64,000 nucleotides of DNA from NCBI GenBank assembly GCA_000182565.2, contig KQ257459.1, one strand, 5' to 3'. This DNA comes from Spizellomyces punctatus DAOM BR117 (lineage: Eukaryota). The notes beneath the pieces were generated by a model. The model ran no database searches. It was given only the letters and a program-made list of their open reading frames with translations, and had not been told where the DNA came from. The position numbers were made by a program, and so were the translations under genes. Position 1 is the first letter of the stretch. The number at the start of each line of letters is the position of its first letter. Positions 55,904-64,000 of this stretch are shown here, piece after piece.

Positions 55904-58293
55904 ATGCGTACCACTGTACCGCCATTGAGTGCCAATTTACGCTCCAAAAGTTCCTCCTTGCATGATCTATTGTCAAGCAAAACAGAAACCAACAATGGTC
56001 TAGTCCATGAGCAGACGGGAGAGCAGCAGGAGGATGGTGGGGATATCCCAGCTTCACCTGCCGCCACACATGGAATCCACTCTTGGTCAGATAGCGAGAC
56101 ATCTGCCTACATTTCCTGGATCAATGCACTGCTCCCTCCCACTGACCTCGATCTGGCGCACCTTTTGCCCCTTACGAACGCTGAAACCTTTTTTGACGCT
56201 TGTCGGACCGGTGTCCTCCTGGCCAAACTCTTGGACAAGACCATACCGGGTTCAATACCCATGGAAAGAATCCACCGGAAACCAAAGACTGAGATTCATA
56301 TGCGAGAGAACTGTGGACTGGTCTTGGACGCTTGTCGCAAGGTTGGCGTAAAGACGCTGAATATTGGGCCTGCTGATGTGATGGCCGGTGTGCCGCATTT
56401 GTGTTTGGCATTGGTCTGGCAGATTATCAAGGTATGTAGGATGGGCCAGCGGATTCCAATTTTGCCAGACTCTGAATTCTCACTCCCGGTTTGTTGCAGG
56501 TGGGACTCATGTCCAAAATACAGGTGGATGATCCTTCCGCACCAACAGATCAGCCCAAGTCAAAAGCTGGCACATCTACTCAGGCCGTACCGCAGGACCG
56601 TGTCCTGCTGCAATGGATCAACAGAGAGTTGAAGCGCAATGGATGTCCTCGCTCCGTCTCTAATTTCGGCACAGACCTTTCTGATTCCGAATGCTATGCC
56701 CATTTGCTCTCATCCATTGGAGATGGAGGTGGCATAAATGTTACCGGGGTACTACAAGAAAGGGACTTTTATCGACGGGCAGAGATGGTTCTGGATGCTG
56801 CAGATGCACTTGGGTGCCGATACTTTGTTACTCCCAAAGAAATTGTGGCGGGCAACCGAAAGTTGAGCATGGCATTTTTGGCGGTTTTGCATGAAGCAAT
56901 GATACGATTGGGGAGACATGGCGAGCGGGACCAGGTTGCGAGACACAGGGAGACAAGCGAGACATTCGCACAACAAAGCTCGGAGATCAAGCGACTCAAA
57001 GACGAGCTAGACACCATGCGGGCCAAGATGAAAATAGTAGAGTATCAAAACGCTGAACTCCAGCAATTGGAAGGAAGGGCGATGGGTGAGGTCGGAGGTT
57101 ACAAGAAAAAGGTGGACGCTCTTCAAACCCAGGTGAAGGAACTCTTGGCCGAAAGATCAACTCTAGAGTCCGAAGCAGAAACCGCGCAAGCAGACGCAGC
57201 TGCACTCCGAAAAGAAAATGGCGAACTCCAAAAGAAAACTCGCTCCCTGAAAGAAGAGTCAGGGCTCCTCCGTGCCGAAATCAAGGCCCTTACTTCCGAA
57301 AACCGCTCCCTCCAACAGGAGCTCGACAACCTTTTGCAAGAGCTTCGGGACCAGGCCACGGAGCTTAAAGAGAAGCTTATGGAAGCTGGAGAGACGGTGG
57401 CAAGAATGACAACCGAACGAGTTAAACTTCGTGCAGAGTTGGATGAGATGACCATCGAACGAGCACAGCTCCGTCAGGAAATCGAAGCTCAGACGGCAGC
57501 TAGATATAAATTAGAGGAAGAGCTTGATATGCGACAGCATGAATTGAAACGAATCTCTGTCGTGACGGATTCAGCGATTCGCGAAAAAGAAATGCTACAC
57601 AAACGTGTGTCGGACATGGAGATTGACATTGAAGCCACTGAAGGGCTACTCCAATCCCAGGATGCTCCACCAGAGACCCGAGCAATACAAGTCGGCTTGG
57701 AAGCACTATTAGAAACCGATACAACACCTGCGATTGTAGAGGATCAACTACGATCGTCCACTGCTACTTTATCAACGTCAAAGCGACCTCGCAGTGTGAG
57801 TCTCCTTGCAAGGAACTCGACATCGGATCTGCAACTCCTAGGATCACCATTAGGTCTCCGCTCCAGAGCGTCATCCGTGACAAGCGGGACTAGCACATCT
57901 GATAGACCTCGCGTCCTTCCAGTGGCAGTGCAGATAAAGTGGCTGCTGGATGACAAGGACAAGTTAAAGGATGATTTGGAAAAGGCTTTGAACCGTGTTC
58001 GCAACCTTGAAGAGACGATAAGAATGTTAAAATCTGCGAGTGAAGCTGTTCGGTTGGCGCAAGCCATGGATCCTGTTGCGGATGTAGAGAGGCCGGTTTC
58101 CGAAGTAGTGGAACGGATGGATAAGGTTGGTTATCTTTTATTTTTTGCCTCATGCGATCCTTTCGGAAACTCAAGTTTGAAAATACTGATTCTTTTCCCT
58201 TTCAAATAGATCAATACCGAAATGCGCGCATTGACAACTAGGATTCGAACTAGACATCACCCAACTTCCAAATTGCACACTAGCATGACTTGA
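55904..58293 (+). CDS. Tandem calponin-homology (fimbrin-type) actin-binding domain plus long coiled coil
   Basis: CH1 (ETSAYISWIN...GVLLAKL...HLCLALVWQIIK), CH2 (LLQWIN...NFGTDLSDSECYAHLL...GCRYFVTPKEIVAGNRKL), then heptad-rich region. Confidence 0.85.
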
Positions 58294-58526
58294 TACATAG
58301 GTTTAGGTAGGATTTCAAGCAGATAGACAAAGCCGTAGTTTATTTAGGGATTAGGACCTTATATGAGACAAAGAAGAACTGCTTGCTGTCTCTCAAGTCA
58401 GGTAAACGTCAAATAGGGTAGACCTTGAAGCAACTATTACTTGAACATGTCCTATATCCTGTACCCTTGCCCTATACATCTGACCCATAAAAATATACAC
58501 GTAGAATCCTACCTAAAATACATCTT

Positions 58527-60912
58527 TTAATAAAGACCCTCCCGATGGATTTTAAAGTCCAAATGTCCATCATCTTTCGATCCAATCCCCAACCTGGACG
58601 AATCTACACCTCCACTGCTCACCCCAGACCGATTCATGATCAATGTCGCAGGTTGCGCAATATGCTTTGCAGCCGCCTCAAGTAAGGATACATCCTTGTC
58701 CACTGTGACTGTTGCGATGCTGTAGACCGTTAGAGCTGCTACTGCCATCCAATACAAAAAGACAAGGACCCAAAAGACAATGAGAGGAGCCCAGGGAATA
58801 AAAGTTGCTTGTGTCGGTTCTAAATGTTCTTCGAAAAGTGTTGGACTCGTTGTATGGACTCCGGCTACTTGCGCTAACGATGTAGTTGCGATACTGTGGG
58901 CGTAGGCGTGAAGAACGGATTTTTCGCGGATACCAGGTGGGACGAGGGGACTTGCTTGGCCATTTGTGTACATTCGGGATGTTGTCCCAGCTAATTTAAT
59001 AACATAAAGATGAGTATATGAACTAGTAAAAAAGTAGAAACGACACCCAAGATATATACCATTGAACATTGCCCCGGATACAGCCCAAGTAGCAGACGAG
59101 TTTTGCGGAGCAGGAATCGCCGACACAACCGTCAACCGTCCTTGATTGTTTCGGTATCTCACGGGTTGCAGTACCTGCACATTGCAGACCAACAATCCGT
59201 ACATTCTTGCCCCGCCTGTATGCATAAAGCCCACTATTGTTGTTATGCCCGGCATCAGTATTCAGTTCGCCTTGGTCGACATTCCAGATCATGGACCAAA
59301 AGACAGGGAACGGGTTGTTTGGCTGCCCGCGCTGTTGCAAAGCTGTAAAGGAAGGATCAAATTCTGCGGTACCGGACTGTATATTAGATGGAGATCAATA
59401 TAACACCTTGAACGACAGGTACATACGTCCGGCATTCCATCCGGCTTGTGGGCCTTGACCAACTGTATCCGTCAGTCCCGGCTTCCCCGGACAATTATAA
59501 CCAACAGATCCGGCCGGAGGTCCATTTATGGGTTGGAACACTGTCACATTGCAGACTGGAGTAAGGTTTTCGCAAGTCACCTTGACGCCGGTCGTTTCAG
59601 CTATATAGTTGATGCCCGATGTGTCCCCGGCGGGGAGGAGGAGGGCGGTGACCTCTGGGCTTTGAGGATCAGGATCGTCCAGAGTGCGCACCTGAGCCAA
59701 ATGAAATGTCGTCAGGCTGGTATGGTTAATGAAACTTGGACATCATTCGCAGAAATCCTTTACCATATGCTTCGTGGACATGTTATTAGCGGTCAATAAT
59801 CCGTCATTCCCACCTCGCAAGATATCCATTGCACCTTGGGCATCAGCGCAACTATTGGCTACATACCTCAGGACACAAGGTAAAATCTGTTCACCCCCAC
59901 AATCAGAATAAACTGGTGCCTTCTGGCATTCATCGTCGAGTACCCTGCCCAAAGCTGATGTCACCGTCGGTCGTGACGCTGAGACGGGTACAATTTGGCT
60001 CTGTACAGCAGCATGTAGCCATATGCCTTCCACAATAGCGATAGCGTAGGTTAAAATAACCAGTGGAACAAACATGAAAACCACCACTCGTAGGAGGGAT
60101 GAGACGACTGAGCGAGACGATGTCATGCAATAGAAGAGTGCTTGCATAACTGAAAAGGGGCTTGCCGTTGCACATATGTTGGACATGAGAGTGAACTTTT
60201 GTCTTTTGTCAGTTGGTAGTCTACTGAACAGCAGGCACTTGGTCTTACCTGCTTTGGAGTAGGCAACCGTCGGTACGCTCCATTGTCATTCGATGCAGAA
60301 AATGATGCCTTGAGCCATTGGGAGCTCAAACTGTATGCTAGTGTCCCAGCCAAAAACGGCAATGTCAAGGCCGTGAACCTGTACAGCAGATAAAGTTTCG
60401 TATCATCCAATTAATGACAATCTTGGTTCCTGCAACGTCGTACCTCGACACCAAACTGGTAATAAGCAGCACTCGACCCGCAAATGCTAGAATATACAGT
60501 CCACTTGAATCAACTCTTAAAAAAGTCGCTTGCAGATAAGCAGCTAATGCAAAAGTTGCAGCGTTGGCACGCCATGTAAAGAACCGGAACCGGAAAGTGA
60601 ACATTTCTTCAAAAAGGACAACATACCAAACCCTGCAGCAATGATCATTGTCGTGAATATAATCACAACACTTGGAATCCATATCCGTGAGCGTTTGGCC
60701 TCTGCCGAGTACTGGACGGGATGTTCTTCGATTTGAATGGTGGAAGTTGAGTTGGTATGGCTTGGCTGAAGCCACAGAAATCAATAAAAATTATGGTTTT
60801 AAGGTTGCCCTCCAAATGAAAAACGAAATACGCTTGGATTTTCAGCGCCCTTTTTTGTATTTTCGGCAGTGTCGTGATGTGCGATGTTGACGGGAGCCTC
60901 GGGAGGATCCAT
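58527..60912 (-). CDS. Uncharacterised fungal multi-pass membrane protein with an apparent internal frameshift
   Basis: Multi-exon model from ATG 60912; TM segments (IWIPSVVIIFTTMII, LTLPFLAGTLAY, VFMFVPLVILTYAIAI, IPWAPLIVFWVLVFLYW); LPTPKQ motif; frame change near 59.2 kb. Confidence 0.65.
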
Positions 60913-61245
60913 ATTTGCTCAACTGTTTTCCCAATGTGCTGTCTTTGTCTTGCTTGCGTTGGCAAGTTTTTTTATGTGAAAACCGCTGTTTGTCGTCTGG
61001 CTTGCTCAGTAGGGACCTCTTTGTTTACTTTTAATTTCCTTGACCCTTTTCCGTGTCGGAGGGTTGGCTGTGCACGCGATTTTTGTCACCCAGCGCAAGT
61101 TTCAAAAGACTGTATTTTAGATGGTTTTATTGCTAAAGGCAAGTTATGATAAAGGACGGGAATTTCTGTCTAGAGTTGACACATTCCGTCTAGAGTTGAA
61201 AGCAAATTGTCCAAAGTACGGCATGTTTACATGTTATCTACAAGT

Positions 61246-63015
61246 TCATGAACCAGATGTGGTCCCAAGTGTACGTTCGACCCAACCCTCCAGATACTGA
61301 AGCAGAGTTAATGGCAGAAAACAGACAATACCACAACATGTGTTGCTATGAGATAACCCTTTTGAATCCCCACATTGAACCCGCATCTGAAAAGAATACA
61401 ATGGAAATCAAGAGTTTTGCTATACAAAAAAGGCTCGGGAAAGCATACTTACATATAGCAGCGGTGATACCCTGCAGTAAGAGCTTCATCTCCACAACAA
61501 AACCATATAGTTGGAATCCCTTTGGCGACCGGTCCAAGTGACATAAAAAGCGATGCACTCTCGCCGCCGTGTCCATCTCTGATGGTGTATCTCTGAAACG
61601 ACAAAGGCAGTCGGACAGGAGAATGATTGTACGGCGGACTTCGTCTGTGACACTGGCTAAACTGTATACGACAATAACAAGAGAGAACAAGGACGTTGCA
61701 AAGGCGTGCAAAATCATTGTGGGGACAAGGAATGACGGCAAGTTCCAATTCGAGCTAGTAAACACCTAGAAGAGTGTTTAGGGTTGAATAAAGTACTCGA
61801 CAAGGTATCAAAACAACAGTAAAGGCAGCTAACCAGCAAGATGCCATCGCCCAAATTAATCGCATGGACGATTCCAAAAATTGCAATCGCAAGTGCATTG
61901 GCGGCACAAAACTTGCGCAACTGAGTATCGGCTTTTCGAAAGTACGTCATAAACTCCTCGACATCTTGCGGGGTCGTCAAAGGCACATCGCGGCGAAGCG
62001 TTTGCCATTGGTAACAGAGTCCTTTGCACATAATGTAAACCTGCTCAAAGTGCATGAGGAGCTGAGCCATCATGTTAGAGTTGAATTGTAACTCCTTACA
62101 CGAAAGAGGAATGCATAGGTTGCTCCATCGTAAACGGTCACACCAACAATGTGCAGGAAAGTATAAAGGAACCTGACGCCGCCATGATGAATGTACTTGT
62201 AAATGTCAGAAGGGCTCCATATCCAGATCATTGGCCAAAGAGCTAAACGGGAATCTTAAATATGTAGCGGCAATGGGTTTCTCAATCAGCAAGGTTACAG
62301 TACCTGCATTCTCGTCATCTAGCTGGATCCCCACCGGGACATACCATGATATCGTCGTCCCCAAAAACGCACCCAGGAATATTGCTAATTAAAACAACTG
62401 ATCAGAATCATCCCACGGGTTCAAAAGCACATGTGTAGCATTTCCTCATACCAAACACCAATGTTTCCTCATGCCGCCGTACGGGTGCGAGAAGGCCGGA
62501 TCTTGCTGCCAAGGTAGAAAGATCATTCGGCTTTTGCCCTCGGGTTAAAAAGTGCAGAACGAGGAGGAATATCGACGTCGTCAGGATATAACTACGCAAT
62601 AAAAAAAAACACGAGTTGAAAATAGGTGACGTTTACTGTTTTCCACCTTTTCAAGAACTTACAGCACCAAGGCGAGCTGGCCTAATCCCATCATGCCTTG
62701 AACCGTCATCAACATTCTAATGTAGGCACCCAACACGACGACCACTAAGCACAAGCAGACCACGTTGACCACTTTTGCGATTTTCCGCATCATAGGCCGA
62801 CATTCTAAACATGGGTCCACCCCGAAAAGAAACGCAAGGAAGCGTGCCCCTTTGAACGTCGATAGCGAGACTGCTTGATAGTCTATTGATTCAAGATCCA
62901 ACATGGACCATGTTTTTCTACCCTTGATGTGTGTTCTCCCCAGCGAAAGGGTTTCCGGTGATGCATAGCTCGTCTCTGGATCGCATTCAACGGTTTTAAC
63001 GATGAGGAGAGTCAT
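61246..63015 (-). CDS. Gustatory/odorant-receptor-like (GRL, 7TM ion-channel superfamily) protein; 3' end approximate
   Basis: N-terminal FLAFLFGVDP; multiple TM helices; C-terminal HRFLCHLDRSPKGFQLYGFVVEMKLLLQGITAAIY. Confidence 0.7.
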
Positions 63016-64000
63016 GGTTGGGTGTCTAGCGCTGGTCCATAGGGCTATTAGTAGTTAACTGGGTTAATGTGCAAGGGTTTTTTCGTTATGGGTCGAGATG
63101 CACATCCGCGATCCGCGGTTTTAAATGTTATTTATTTCCTTGCAATAAGCTAGGTTGATTACCCAGCATTCTATTTTTAGGGATTGCCATAAAGTAACAT
63201 TCATGGATATAGAGAAGGGATTGTAATGGTTTGGCAGATCCCTCAAATGCCACAAGTGCGCCCTGCATGGTATTGACGATAATCGTACCAAGGGACCCTA
63301 AATGCTCGAAATGTTTAGGGGTAGCTTTGATTGTCATGCTTAATCCAGTTTCTTTTGAGAAAAACAAATCCCACAATCCTGGATGGTCACCCTGCAAGCG
63401 TTTACAATTCTAGATGTTTGACAATCAGTTCAAATGCAGACAAGTTAGAGGTCCTTTTTTGAATGGAATCAGAAAAGTGTGAAATGTGTAAGAGCTCACT
63501 ACCAATGCACTCCTACACAAAGAGAAAGACTGCGAGCGGGTGTGAACACTCTTGTTCTCTGCACCATGCTTGAGAGACGCGCTATAGTTACAAGAGTGCA
63601 TCACTTCAAAAAGTGCAATATGACAAAAAAAGGCGAGCCCATCGCAACGACGCAGCCGGACAGACCCCAATGTACGGTGGGTATGGGCGGTCTGCGCGGA
63701 TGAAGAAGCAAGCCCACTCTAATGTCCGCAGCGGGACACAACCAGTAATGGTCGGTGGACATGAGCCTTCTGTTCAAAAAGGCGATGGCAGATGGTTAGA
63801 GGAAGAAGCCCAAAGGAAGAACACACCTAGAATGTTGGTTGTCTTGGTTGCCATGACAACAAGAGCACAATTTAGCCATGAAAGGCAATTTGACTACGCA
63901 TTGTAGCACGTGATCTGTCAGTTGGGAAATGGCCCCCATGGAACCCACTTTGCTTGCTTTGCTGGAAGGCTTTCCATCATCGGTCTCACCCCATCTTGTG

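Noticed and set aside
61168-61199. 12-bp direct repeat gtctagagttga
   Set aside because: Only two copies; not an array and no associated element

Overview
Eukaryotic, intron-rich fungal genomic DNA. It has short GT-AG introns and about 25 protein genes. I see no rRNA, tRNA, CRISPR array or intact transposon. The gene content (SERCA, calcyphosin-like protein, gustatory-receptor-like 7TM gene) points to a zoosporic fungus, probably a chytrid; this is an inference. Recognisable genes, assembled by hand from exons: NDUFA6 (partial), NADAR, RGS-membrane protein, ERG28, SERCA, Rieske/AIF-like oxidoreductase, SNT2-like chromatin protein, secreted aspartic protease, MTH1/NUDT1, CRIPT, prephenate dehydratase, Cof-type HAD hydrolase, SYF2, actin, Ca2+-binding mitochondrial carrier and beta-carbonic anhydrase. 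Most interesting: (1) a spliced gene at about 34.1-36.5 kb that appears to fuse a phage/bacterial DUF3102-like helical domain to a phage Dam-type N6-adenine methyltransferase fold with a disrupted NPPY motif; (2) an insect gustatory/odorant-receptor-like gene at about 61.2-63.0 kb; (3) three tandem symmetric mini-exons in SNT2, each encoding an ELM2 motif; (4) a CxxC redoxin fused to a C-terminal F-box; (5) a probable CUG-initiated mitochondrial presequence on carbonic anhydrase; (6) a PTS1-like end followed by a UGA-CUAG readthrough context; (7) a half-fimbrin fused to a coiled coil. All family assignments come from motif recognition by eye, not database searches, and some exon boundaries are approximate.
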